Assembly: GCF_009914755.1 (NCBI RefSeq)
Contig: NC_060947.1
Length of the DNA: 64,000 bases
Direction: 5' to 3' (one strand)
DNA from: the human T2T-CHM13v2.0 reference genome, Homo sapiens
Shown here: positions 16,912 to 32,936 of the stretch, piece by piece
Numbering within the stretch: the stretch's first letter is position 1
How the letters are laid out: every line of letters starts with the position of its first letter
Notes under the pieces: generated by a model
Seen by the model: only the letters and a program-made list of their open reading frames with translations
Told to the model about the DNA's origin: nothing
The model's database searches: none
Program-made: the position numbers and the translations under genes

Positions 16912-17588
16912 TGTTAAAAGTGTAAGAAAATCTTGACTATTTAGCCCCAAAATAAACCAGGCCAGACTGAAACAAATAGCAAATAAACAAGCAAAGATAA
17001 AAACATTTTTGCCTTCTGGTCCTTACCAACCTGTCTGACTTTGTTCTGTGTTTTCTTAGTTTCTGTATTTGTCTACCTGGTGTTCTTTAATCACAAGGCC
17101 AAACTAATGGCCAAAGTGGTTTACATCTCCCTTGCTATCCAGCTTTCATGGGTGTGTGAAAATCATATTACAAGCCCTCCAAACAATCCCAAGTCCATAT
17201 CCTCAACCACCTCCTTTGTGTAACTCTCACACACCAAGCGAATATTTGTCCTGCCCTAAATCACCCAGAACCAAGTAACAGATAAGTAGATGCCATCTTT
17301 ATAGCTTAGAACCCACTGACATTATTAAATCTAGAAAACCCTGAGCTCTTTCTTCAGGCTGGAAAGCACAATAAAGGCTCTTGGCCATGCTTTCTCTTTA
17401 GTCCTGCTTCTGCCTCCCGACCAAACCTGTGTTTCCCTATGTGGCATGCATGTGTTCCCTGCATGATATGGTAGGCTATTTCTCTCAAGAACTGTAAGTA
17501 ATAAAAATCTTTTTTTAATGGCATTGGTCTCTCCATGTCATCAGTTAGCCACTTCCATAAATGAAAATCCCACTGGTACATTCTAACA
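16912..17588 (+). mobile_element. ERVL-class LTR (MER54/MER74-like)
   Basis: TG...CA ends; caataaaggctcttggccatgc...ctgcctcccgacc motif; gtaataaaa polyA signal at about 17498. Confidence 0.5.
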
Positions 17589-17779
17589 CAGGCTTGAAGC
17601 CACTCTTGTCAGGATTTCACCTCCAGCACTCCAATAAAGACTGTTCTTGTCAAGATCACCAGTGACCTTCATGTTGCCAAACCCAATGGTCAAATCTCTA
17701 TCCCCAGCTTACTTGGCCATTTAGCAGCATCTGGTCCAGTGGATTGCTTCCCTCTTCCTTCTAACACTGTATTCATTCA

Positions 17780-20641
17780 TGAGGCTGAGATTGGGGAAAA
17801 AAACTGGGTGCTTTGCTTGACTCAGGCACAAAATTTTAGGGGCATGCCAGAAACCTAGTAATCAATATAAATAATACTTTGATGTAACATTTGAAAGAGT
17901 TAAAATCAATTAAAATATCTATGACAAACAAAACATCAAAATTTTAAATAAAGATGATATTTAATAGTGCTGGGCTAAGCCATAATGGAGCTATGGAGCC
18001 TGAGGCCCCTTACACGTACTCCTGTGTATATGGGGGTGTGTGTGTGTGTATGTATGTATATTCTTTTATATTTATATATTTTAATGTATTTGTATTAGTC
18101 CATTTTCATGCTGCTGTGAAGAAATACCTGAGACTGGGTAATTTATAAAGAAAAGAGGTTTAATTGCCTCACAGTTCCACATGGCTGGGGAGGCCTCAGA
18201 AAGCTTACAATCATGGCAGTAGGGACCTCTTCACAGGGTGGCAGGAGAGAGAATGAGAGCCCAGTGTAGGGGGAAGCCCTTTATAAAACCATCAGATCTT
18301 GTGAGAACTTATTCACTATCACTATCATGAGAACAGTGTGGGAAAAGCCACCCCCATGATTCAGTTATCTCCAACTGTCCCACCGTTGACATGTGGGATT
18401 AGTACAGTTCAAGGTGAGATTTGGGTGGGGACACAGAGCCAAATAATATCATTCCACACCTGGCCCCTCACAAATCTCATGTCCTCATATTTCAAAACAC
18501 AATCATGCCCTTCTAACAGTCCCCAAAACACTTAACTCATTCCAGCATTAACCGAAAGTCCAAGTCCAAAGTCTCATCAGAGATAAGGCAAGTCCCTTCC
18601 GCCTATCAGTCTGAAAAATCTAAAGTAAGTTAGTTGCTTTCTAGATACAATGGAGGTACAGGCACTGGGAAAATACACCTGTTCCAAATGGGAGACATTA
18701 GCCAAAACAAAGGGGCTACAGGCCCCATGCAAGTCCAATAGGGAAGTCATTAAGCCTAAAAGTTCCAAAATGATCTCTTTCAACTCCATGTCTCACATCC
18801 AGGTCACGCTGATGCAAGAGGTGGGTTCCCATGATCTTGGGCAGCTCCACCCTGTGGTTTTGCAGGGTACAGCCCCCCTGCTGGCTGCATTCATGGGCTT
18901 GGGTTGAGTGTCTGTGGCTTTTCCAGGTGCAGGGTGCAAGCTGTCAGTGGATCTACCATTCTGGGATATGGAGAATGGTGGCCATCTTCTCAAAGCTCCA
19001 CTAGGCTGTGCCCCAGTGGTGACTTTATGTAGGGGCTCTGACCCCACGGTTTCCTTCCACATTGCTGTAGCAGAGGTTCTCCATGCAGGATCTACCACTG
19101 CAGTAGACTTCTGCCTGGACATCCAGGCATTTCCATACATCTTCTGGAATCCAGGTGGAGGTTCCCAAACCTCAATTCTTGTTTTCTGTATGCTTGCAGA
19201 ACCGACACCACCTGGAAGCTGGCAAGGCTTGGGGCTTGCACCCTCTGAAGTCACAACACAAGCTGTACTTTGGCCCTTTTTAGCCATGGCTGGAGTGTCT
19301 GGGACACAGGGCACCAAGTCCTGAAGATATACATAGCAGGTGGGCCCTGGACCTGGCAGGAAACCACTTTTCCCTCCTAGGCCTCTGGGACTGTGATGAG
19401 AGGGGCTGCCACAAAGATCTTTGACATGCCCTGGAGACATTTTCCCCCATTGTCTTGGTGATTAGTATTTGGCTCCTAGTTACTTATGCAAATTTCTGCA
19501 GCCAGCTTGAATTTCTCCCCAGAAAATGGGTTTTTCTTTTTTATCACATTGTCAGGCTACAAATTTTTCAAACTTTCATGCCCTGCTTCCTCTTGAACAT
19601 TTTGCCACTTAGAAATTTCTTCTGCCAGATACCCTAAATCATCTCTCTCAAGTTCAAAGTTCCACAGATCTCTAGAGCAGAAGCACACTGCTGCCAGTCT
19701 CTTTGATAAAGCATAGCAAGAGTGACCTGTACTCCAGTTCCCAATGAGCTCCTCATCTCCATCTGAGACCACCTCAGCCTGGACTTCATTGTCCCTATCA
19801 CTATAAACATTTTGGTCAAACCCATTCAACAAGTCTATAGGAAGTTCCAAACTTTCCCACATCTTTCTGACTTCTGAGCCCTCCAAACTGTTCCAACCTC
19901 TGCCTATTACCCAGTTCCAAATTTGCGTCCACATATTCAGGTAGCTGTACAGCAGCGCCCCACTATTTGGTACCAATTTACTGTATTAGTCCGTTTCCAT
20001 GCTGCTATGAAGAAATACTCGAGAATGGGTAATTTATAAAGAAAAGAGGTTTAATTGACTCACAGTTCTGCATGGCTGGGAAGGCCTCAGGAAACTTACC
20101 CAATTATGTCAGAAGGCACCTATTCACAGGGCGGCAGGAGAATGAATAAGTGCTGAGGAAAGGGGCAACCCCCTTATAAAACCATCAGATCTTGTGAGAA
20201 CTCACTCACTCTCACAAGAACAATATGGGGGAAACTGCCCCCATGATTCAATTATCTCCACCTGGTTCTACCCTTGACATGTGGGGATTATTACAATTCA
20301 AGGTGAGATTTGGGTGGGGACACAGAGCCCAACTATGTCAGTATTTTTACCAGAACATTAAAGTATTTAAAACATATTGAAAACTTGAAAAGTAAGTCTA
20401 GTAAAAGTCATAACATTATCTAAGGTTTAAATGTTTATATCCAAATTGTTAAAATATTTTCACTTTACTGGCCACAGTGGAAGTAAGCTCATATACATAA
20501 CATTTCAAAATCAACTTTTTTCATCTACTTTAATATTCTGGGGACAAAAAAGACAATTTAAAAAGTACATCCAAAACTTGTATATTCAGTGGAACACTTT
20601 TGCTTTTGCCTCATCTTCCACGACAGCTTGGCCCAGCACTG
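17780..20641. mobile_element. hAT-Tip100-like DNA transposon remnant (MER96B-related), split by THE1
   Basis: caaaattttagggg...gtaatcaatataaataat motif; inverted termini agtgctgggctaagc (17966) and gcttggcccagcact (20626). Confidence 0.55.
18091..20340 (-). mobile_element. Complete THE1 (THE1D-like) element: LTR 19982-20340, internal, LTR 18091-18451
   Basis: Two direct LTRs tgtattagtcc...tca; perfect 5-bp TSD gtatt at 18086 and 20341; internal MaLR ORF remnant at 19557-19976 (GRGWNSLEGSE...ELERDDLGYLAEEISK). Confidence 0.95.
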
Positions 20642-21468
20642 TTGACTTGTCTTCCAGGAACCCACACTCTCCAGGTCTTCCTCTTCCTTCACTGGCAATT
20701 GCTTCTCAGTTCTGCTTTATTGGCTTCTCCTCCTCTCCTTCATGTCTGAGGGTTCTAGTGCTCCAAGACTCCATCTGGTCCTATCTACCCTCACTCCTAG
20801 TCATATCCATGGATTGAAATGCTTTCTGTATTTATATCCTCAGTACAGACCTCTTTTATGTGACAGATTTCAGGTCTGAGAGAGAATATATTTTTCCCCT
20901 TTCCCTATTATTCTGGGACTTAGAATCCTTGCCTGAATTATCTTTCACAGTTGCAAGTTGATATGTTGGCAAATTAAACCCTGGTTCGAATTCTCCAAAA
21001 ATCAGTTGTTCAGTGGAAAGCATCATCCCAGTCATCCACATAGCCCTCTGTCTACCACTTGTCCCAACACCTCTTCCAGAATTACCTACCTTAACTCCAG
21101 CACCAGAGAATAAGCAATGGAAACATGCAGGCAGAGTAGGGGATAAGATAGAGAGAGGACCGGGGTGTGTGTATAAATATAAATATATACATATATGCCA
21201 TCTATATATGCATATATATTATATATAAATATATGCACATATATCCATAATCATATATATTCATATACATATAATACATAATATAGATGAGATAGATCAA
21301 TATAAAATAATATAGGTTTCCAGTAAGACTTATGTCTGTACTGAGCTCTAAATTCCTGCACCCAACTCAAATTTCTGAGGCACACTAGCCACTTTGCCTC
21401 TATTCCTCATCCTATAGCTTTCCAAAATGTGCCAATGACTTTTATACCTATTCTTAAGGAAATACTCT

Positions 21469-21578
21469 CAGGTTTAATAAAACAAATAAAGAGGGGCACA
21501 ATCGCATCATCTAGATACTGCAGGTTTAATAAAACAAATAAAGAGGGGCACAATCACATCATCTAGATACTGCAGGTT
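21469..21578. repeat. 52-bp tandem duplication
   Basis: caggtttaataaaacaaataaagaggggcacaatc(g/a)catcatctagatactg twice, followed by caggtt. Confidence 0.95.
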
Positions 21579-21661
21579 ATATAGTCGAAAGAGTGTTGAA
21601 CAGGATTCTCTTTTCAACCTGAATCTTCCTGATACCACCATTTGGGCCTTAGCTTGGCATC

Positions 21662-22032
21662 TGTATTAGTCCATTTTTCATGCCGTTGGTAAAGACATAC
21701 CGGAAACTGGGAAAGTTACAAAAGTAAGAGGTTTAATGGATTTAGAGTTCCACATGGCTGGGGAAGCCTCACAATCATGGTGGAAGGCAAGGAGGAGCAA
21801 GTCACGTCTCACATAGATGGCAGCAGGCAAAGAAAGAGAGCTTGTACAGGGGAAATCCTCTTTATAAAACCATTAGATCTCATGAGACTTATTCACTATC
21901 ACAAGAACAGTATGGAGGAAACTGCCCGCATGATTCAGTTATCTCCTACTGGATTCCTCCCACAACTCATGGGAATTATGGGAGTGCAATTTAAAAATGA
22001 GCTTTCAGGGGAGAAACAGCCAAACCCTATCA
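21662..22032 (-). mobile_element. THE1B-like solo LTR with TSD gcatc
   Basis: tgtattagtcc...ggagcaagtcacgtctcacatagatggcagcagg...ccaaaccctatca; gcatc on both sides. Confidence 0.9.
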
Positions 22033-22399
22033 GCATCCTCTGGTCACAGATGGAGAACTTCAACAAAAGAAGCAGTCATATTAGCTGTGTACTTCATTTA
22101 AATGAGCAAGGAAGTTTATCCTAGTCATTCCCATCAGTCTACGAGGCTTTAGTAAACCCTACATCAAAGTGCTCAGTTTTTAACTGGATTATAGTCAAGA
22201 AAACCTTGTTCAACCATCAAAAATATTCAAAATATCAAATTATTGAAATGAATGAAAAGAAATAAGATTATATTCTGTTGAAACATTTACGTATATCATC
22301 TTCTTTTCCTATTTTATTTTTCTCACATCACCAAGTTTTTCCTCGATTGTCACTGTATCACCCCAAGGGAGACTATATGCCATTTGGATGCTGTTTGCA

Positions 22400-22780
22400 A
22401 TGCACTGTAGGAACTGGACACCAAAGGTGCAACTGTCACAGTAGCTGGGTGCTGGAGAATCTGTCCACCTTGTAGGAGATGGGCAGCAGGAAATCTGCCT
22501 GCAATTTGGGAGCTGAGTACTGGGGAAGGTGCCCACGCTGCAGGAGCTAGGTAGATGCTGAAGCAGAAACTACCTTACTGCAAGATCCTATCAAGAGAGC
22601 ACACAGGAACCAGAAAACAAAATTCCTTTCTCCAGTGATGTCTCCTCAGTGCCCTCTATTGACCAAACAACATCATGCCAGTTGAGAGGAAAAATATTTA
22701 AAGGGTCCAGACCCATTTTCACAGAGGAGGCTATAACAGTCAATTTGGAGCTGAAAGGCATTAAATCCATAGCCAGCACA
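22400..22780 (-). mobile_element. Ancient ERVL LTR fragment (LTR41-like)
   Basis: gtgccctctattgac...aaaatatttaaaggg...aatttggagctgaaaggcattaaat...gcaca resembles the recalled LTR41 5' end. Confidence 0.45.
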
Positions 22781-24217
22781 GAATCTCAAATGTAATATGT
22801 CCAAAATTTAACTCTTTATTCACCATCACCAACATCCCATCTCTTCCTACTCCTGGCTTCCACATGTCTGTAAATGCTAACTCCATTCACTTAGTTGTCA
22901 AGCCAGAAAACTCAGTTATTTTGTATTCCTATGTTTTCCTCACTCTGTATATCCAATCCATTGCCACGTACTCTCAGGGATACCTCCCTAATATGGCTTT
23001 TATATCCACTTTTCTTCAGTTTCACTACTCTCACTGTGGTCTAAATAATCATGACCTCATTTTTGAAGCAGTTCTCTAACTCTTCTCCATGCTTCTATTC
23101 TTGTTCTCCCTATCTATATAGTAGAGAAAGTCAGCTTTCATGAAATGTAATTCCAGATTATGCCATTCTCCTATGTAGAACTCCAGTAGGCTTCCTGAGT
23201 CTCTCAGAATACATTGAACTTTACCAGGGACTACAACATCTTACATGATCTGACACAGTACTCTCTGTGTCCTCTTTTCCTATTCATATCTCTCTTCCTC
23301 ACTCTGCTTCAGCCTCATTGGCCTGTTTCATGTTCTTAAAGAAGCCTAGACTCCTTCCTATATAAGGGTTTTTGCACTTACTGCTTCCTCTGTCTGGGGA
23401 CAATAATCCCATGTAATGTCTCATGGCTTACTTCTTTGTGTCATCTGCATTTCTGCTCAAAGATTGTCTCTTCTTCAGCGAATCTAAAGTAAATCGCATT
23501 TAGTCATTAATTATCCTCTTATCTTGCTTTATTTTTATTCATACCACATATTACAATCTAACCTATTATGTAGATAAAACATTATTATATATGTATACCT
23601 TATATATGCACATTAATGTGTATACATATACACACACATACACGTATATATTTACTTATTTCCTTGTTTATTGCTTTTCTCTCATCACTAGATAATAAGA
23701 CACACGAGAGAAGAAACCTTATCTGTCTTGTTTTCAGATATATCGTAATATCTAGAATAGTGTCTGGCACATAGTAGTCACTCAATAAATATCGAGTAAA
23801 TGAGTGAATGAAACTGTAATTTATACATTTCCTTTTATGTACTTTACATATTTAGGCTTTATTATTGATGAGAAAGGGGGCATTTCATTAAAATCTTGCA
23901 TGATGATGAAATAGTTTGTCTAACAATTTTCATCAATAAATCATCAAAGCTAGCATACACACTCATATATGTAATATTAAAACACAGTGAAATAATGTAA
24001 TATGTTATCCAGGTGATAGTACATGCTTAAATTCTTTCTATGATATCACCCATAAGTGGTTGTCTGATGTATTCTTGACTACTTTTATTAATATTTCTAT
24101 TAATGGAGGAACTCACTACCACACAAGGTAGCATACTTCACTGATAAGGAGCTAAGGAATGGCAAGTTGTTTCTAATACACATCTTGAATACTCCTTTCT
24201 TCAGCTCTCACCAGATT

Positions 24218-24436
24218 TGGGAATCAGAAGACCATAGTTAGAAATCTACTTCTGCCATCCAGTACTTCTGTGACCCGAAACAAGTTATTTGACATTTCTG
24301 AGTCTCAGGTTTTTATCTGTAAAATGGGGATAATTATCCTTACCACCCAGAATTATTGGGTAGACTAAATGAGAGAAAATATCCAAACATCTACCATGGT
24401 GCCAGGTGCTCAGGAGGTATTCAATAAATGTCACTT
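24218..24436 (+). mobile_element. MIR (MIRb-like)
   Basis: ctgtgacc...caagttatttgac.tttctgagtctcaggtttttatctgtaaaatggggataat...tcaataaatg. Confidence 0.85.
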
Positions 24437-25189
24437 GAATTGCTCTTTCTTTCATTCCAAATTTTCTCTGTTTATGGCAGGTGTGTTACTATAGGCCCAC
24501 TATATACACACCAAGATATCTCTCATGATGAAAGTATATGTTACCATTTCAGTGGCTGTAGCCAATTACATTTTTAAAATAACTTTAGATGAAGCAGGTA
24601 AGCATGTAAGGCTAAATAAAAGCGTAATTTCAATGTGTTTTATTATGCCTTCTCAGTTGATTAAAGCAAACATACTAAAAATGTATTTCCCCATAGTCTA
24701 TCAGGTAGCCAATGTGGTTCCTTTTATTTGAAATTTAGTTGAGCAAGAAACATTAGATTAACTCATCTGACTAGATTTTCTGGTGTGTTCCCTCTACGTA
24801 TACAAATGAAGGGGATATTTTTCTTCCCCTTCTTGGAGGGTTCTGAGTCCTAAATCCTCACCTGCCATTCATTTATCCTTGGACTTTGTGTCAGGTGACT
24901 CTCCTGCAAGGCATGTCAGCAATCTTCTCTTTCCTTCCACAACGTATGTCAGGAGACAGAGCTCATAGACCTTGCTATGGGACAAATCCTTTAGAATTGG
25001 TAGCATGTCATATCCCCAGAATTGGGGAAACCTGAAGCCATCAAACCAGACCTAAAAGATCTCGGTAACTTCTGCCAGACTCATGATGTGAATTTGTTCC
25101 CTGCTCTAGTGCAGAGGAGAAGCTGGTCTTTCTGAAACTGTCATTTCCAGATACCTTATAGCTTTTAAGTGTATTACTGTTCCTCTAAA

Positions 25190-25670
25190 TTTAAATATAA
25201 AATTTTGTGACCCAGAAATGCCACTTCTACATATATACTCAAGAGAATTTTAAACACATGTTTACACAAACATGTGAACATGAATGTTCATAGCCTCATT
25301 GTTTACAGTAGTCAAAAAGTGGAAGCAACCCAAATGTGAAGCTACTAATTAATGAAATAAACAAAATATGGCATAGCAATACAGTAGAATATCATTTGGC
25401 CATAATAAGGACTGAAATACTGCTACAACAGAAAGTACTTCCTGCAATATGTATTAATATTGAAAACGTTACACTAAATAACAAAGCCCATAACAAAAGA
25501 TTAGGGAGGGGAATGGAAAGGAACTGCTGATGGATTTATTTTGGAAATGATGCAAATATCATCAAATTGATTGTGGTGATGGGCACACAACTTAATGACC
25601 ACTGAATTGTATACCTTATATAGGAGAATTGTATGGTATGGATTTATATCTCAATAAGGCTGTTTCAAAA
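25190..25670 (+). mobile_element. Old L1 (L1MC/ME-type) 3' end
   Basis: gacccagaaatgccacttcta...gaatgttcatagc...ggaagcaacccaaatgt...ttatatctcaataaggctgtt. Confidence 0.75.
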
Positions 25671-26149
25671 AGTTCTATTACTGACTCCTTGGATGCCAGG
25701 TCCAAGAATCCTTTGGACTCCTTAGTACAGTTTGAAAAGTCACATTGGCTGACATCTACCTTTTCAGCGAATGAAGTGCTATGTAATAGGACTTTAAAAT
25801 AGAATGAAAGCTCAGACTACAGTGTTCTTGACTTGTGTATCTGAAAATGTCTGAAAAGTTCACTACAAATCCCAGGTCAGTTTTCATATGGATTGTTGCC
25901 TCATTCTGCCACTAGCTCTATTTTTCTTTCTTTCTTTTTTTTTTTATTATACTTTAAATTCTAGGGTACATGTGCACAACGTGCAGGTTTGTTACATATG
26001 TATACATGTGCCATGTTGGTGTGCTTCACCCATTAACTCGTCATTTACAATAGGTATTTCTCCTAATGCTATCCCTCCCCCAAACCCCCATCCCACAACA
26101 GGCCCCGGTGTGTGAAGTTCCCCACCCTGTGTCCAAGTGTTGTCATTGT

Positions 26150-29988
<3,839 letters not shown>

Positions 29989-30051
29989 TATGATGTTAGC
30001 TGGTTATTTTGCTCGTTAGTTGATGCAGTTTCTTCCTAGCCTCGAAGGTCT

Positions 30052-31073
30052 TTACAGTTTGGCGTGTTTTTGCAGTGGCTGGTACCGGTCGTTCCTTTCC
30101 ATGTTTAGTGCTTCCTTCAGGAGCTCTTATAAGGCAGGTCTGGTGGTGACAAAATCTCTCAGCATTTGCTTGTCTGTAAAGGATTTTATTTCTCCTTCAC
30201 TTATGAAGCTTATTTGGCTGGATATGAAATTCTGGGTTGAAAATTCTTTTCTTTAAGAATGTTGAATATTGGCCCCCACTCTCTTCTGGCTTGTAGTTTC
30301 TGCTGAAAGATCCGCTGTTAGTCTGATGGGCTTCCCTTTGTGGGTAACCCGACCTTTCTCACTGGCTGCCCTTAACATTTTTTCCTTCATTTCAAACTTG
30401 GTGAATCTGACAATTATGGGTCTTGGGGTTGCTCTTCTCAAGGAGTGTCTTGTGGCATTCTCTCTATTTCCTGAATTTGAATGTTGACCTGCCTTGCTAG
30501 GTTGGGGAAGTTCTCCTGGATAATATCCTGCAGAGTGTTTTCCAACTTGGTTCCATTCTCCCCGTCACTTTCAGGTACACCAATCAGACGTAGATTTGGT
30601 CTTTTCACATAGTCCCATATTTCTTGGAGGCTTTGTTCGTTTCTTTTTACTCTTTTTTCTCTAAACTTCTCTTCTTGTTTCATTTCATTCATTTGATCTT
30701 CAATCACTGATACCCTTTCTTCCACTTGATCGAATTGGCTACTGAAGCTTGTGCATGCATCACCTAGTTCTCATGCCATGGTTTTCAACTCCATCAGGTC
30801 ATTTAAGGTCTTCTCTGTGCTGTTTATTCTAGTTAGCCATTCGTCTAATCTTTTTTCAAGATTTTTAGCTTCCTTGTGGTAGGTTCAAACATCCTCCTTT
30901 AGCTCAGAGAAGTTTGTTATTACTGATCTTCTGAAGCCTACTTCTGTCAACTTGTCAAAGTCATTCTCCATCCAGCTTTGTTCCCTTGCTGGTGAGGAGC
31001 TGTGATCCTTTGAAGGAGAAGATACGCTCTGGTTTTTAGAATTTTCGGCTTTTCTGTTCTTGTTTCTCCCCAT
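30052..31073 (-). pseudogene. L1 ORF1, disrupted
   Basis: MGRNKNRKAENSKNQS..., EQSLQEIWDYVKRPNLRLIGVPE and RFTKFEMKEKMLRAA occur in separate ORF pieces. Confidence 0.93.
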
Positions 31074-32197
31074 CTTTGTGGTTTTATCTAGCTTTGGTCT
31101 TTGATGATGGTGACCTACAGATGGGGTTTTGGTGTGGATGTCCTTTTTGTTGATGTTGCTGCTATTCCTTTCTGTTTGTTGGTTTTCCTTCTAACGGTCA
31201 GGACTCTCAGCTGCAGGTCTGTTGGAGTTTGCTGGAGGTCCACTCCAGACCCTGTCTGCCTCGGTATCACCAGTGGAGGCTGCAGAACAGCAAATATCAC
31301 AGAACGGCAAATGTTGCTACCTGATCCTTCCTCTGGAAGCTTCGTCTCAGAGGGGCACCTGGCTGTATGAGGTGTCAGTCAGCCCCTACTGGGAGGTATC
31401 TCCCAGTTAGTCTACACGGGGGTCAAGGACCCACTTGAGGAGGCAATCTGTCTGTTCTCAGATCTCAGACTCTGTGCTGGAAGAACCACTGCTCTCTTCA
31501 AAGCTGTCAGACAGGGATGCTGAAGTCTGCATAAGTTTCTGCTGCCTTTTGTTCAGCTATGCCCTGCCCCCAGAGGTGGAGTCTACAGAGGCAGGCAGGC
31601 CTCGTTGAGCAGCGGTGGGCTTCACCCAGTTCGAGCTTCCTGGCTGCTTTGTTTACCTAATCAAGCCTCAGCAATGGCAGACGCCCCTCCCCCAGCCTCA
31701 CTGCCACCTCGCAGTTCGATCTCAGACTGCTGTGCTAGCAGTGAGTGAGGCTCCATGGGTGTGGGACCCACCGAGTCAGGTGTGGTATATAATGTCCTGG
31801 TGTGCTGTTTGTTAAGACTGTTGGAAAAGTGCAGTATTAGGGCAAGAGTGTCCCAATTTTCCAGGCACCGTCTGTCATGGCTTCCCTTGGCTAGGAAAGG
31901 GAATTCCCTGACCCCTTGCACTTCCCGGGTGAGGTGATGCCCTGTCGTGTTTCAGCTCACACTCCATGGGCTGCACCCACTTTCCAACCAATCCCAATGA
32001 GGTGAACCTGGTACGTCAGTTGGAAATGCAGAAATCACCCGTCTTCTGTGTTGCTCATGCTGGGAGCTGTAGACTGGAGCTGTTCCTATTCGGCCATCTT
32101 GGAATTGAGTGTGCTCCATTTTTCTTAAGAGATGTGGTGAAGTCATGTGAAAAATGCTGAAGTGGAATCAAAAGATTTGAATTTGAAATATTGTCCT

Positions 32198-32506
32198 GGC
32201 TGGGTGCGGTGGCTCATGCCTGTAATCCCAGCACTTTGGGAGGCTGCGGCAGGTGGATCATGAGATCAGGAGTTCGAGACCATTGTGGCCAACATGGTGA
32301 AACCCCATCTCTACTAAAAATACAAAAATTAGCTGGGTGTGTTGGTGCATGCCTTTAATCCCAGCTACTCGGGAGGATGAGACAGGAGAACTGCTTGAAC
32401 CCAGGAGGTGGAGGTTTCAGTGAGCCGAGAACGTGCCACTGCACTCCATCCCGGTGACAGAGCGAGACTGTCTCAAAAAAAGAAAGAAAAGAAAAAGAAA
32501 AGAAAA
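32198..32506 (+). mobile_element. AluS (Sg/Sc-like) inserted in a MIR (about 32130-32640)
   Basis: Full dimer with GAAAA-rich tail; TSD gaaatat(t/a)gtcc at 32185 and 32507. Confidence 0.93.
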
Positions 32507-32936
32507 GAAATATAGTCCAGCCACTTCCTAGCTCTGCAAACTTGGACTAATTACTTAACCTCTCTGAGTCTTACTTTCTTATTTTTGAGGCAGTATATAT
32601 AGGTCTATAGCAAAGCATAATGTATATTAAAGTGATTTAGAAATTATGCACTTTTAAAAATATAGCGAGCTATCATTTGATTAAACACACACACGTACGT
32701 ACACACGGGGAAACACACTCAAGACCACCATTTTCTGTCATCCTTTAGTGAAGTATTTATCTAAATTATGCTTTTCCAAAACAATCTGCTGTGTATACAA
32801 ACTCTTAGTTGCCACAGAAACATCAACCAATTAGTAAGCCAGGTTGGTTTATTTGATTAATATAACTGGTAAATCTTTTTTCCCTTCTTTACATAATAGG
32901 AAGTAGAACTGTGGCAAGATTAAAGGAATTTCCTTG

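Larger units (their letters stand above)
17598..23812 (+). mobile_element. Fragmented L2 (pieces at about 17598-17770, 20645-20855 and 22780-23812)
   Basis: gtcaagatcaccagtgaccttcatgttgccaaacccaatggtc is the L2 RT region; terminus gtctggcacatagtagtcactcaataaatat...gaatgaa at about 23762-23812. Confidence 0.7.

Noticed and set aside
18793-19440. 215-aa ORF
   Set aside because: Lies wholly inside THE1 internal sequence, with no sign of a host gene
21469-21578. CRISPR-like repeat array
   Set aside because: Two abutting copies with no spacers, in eukaryotic DNA
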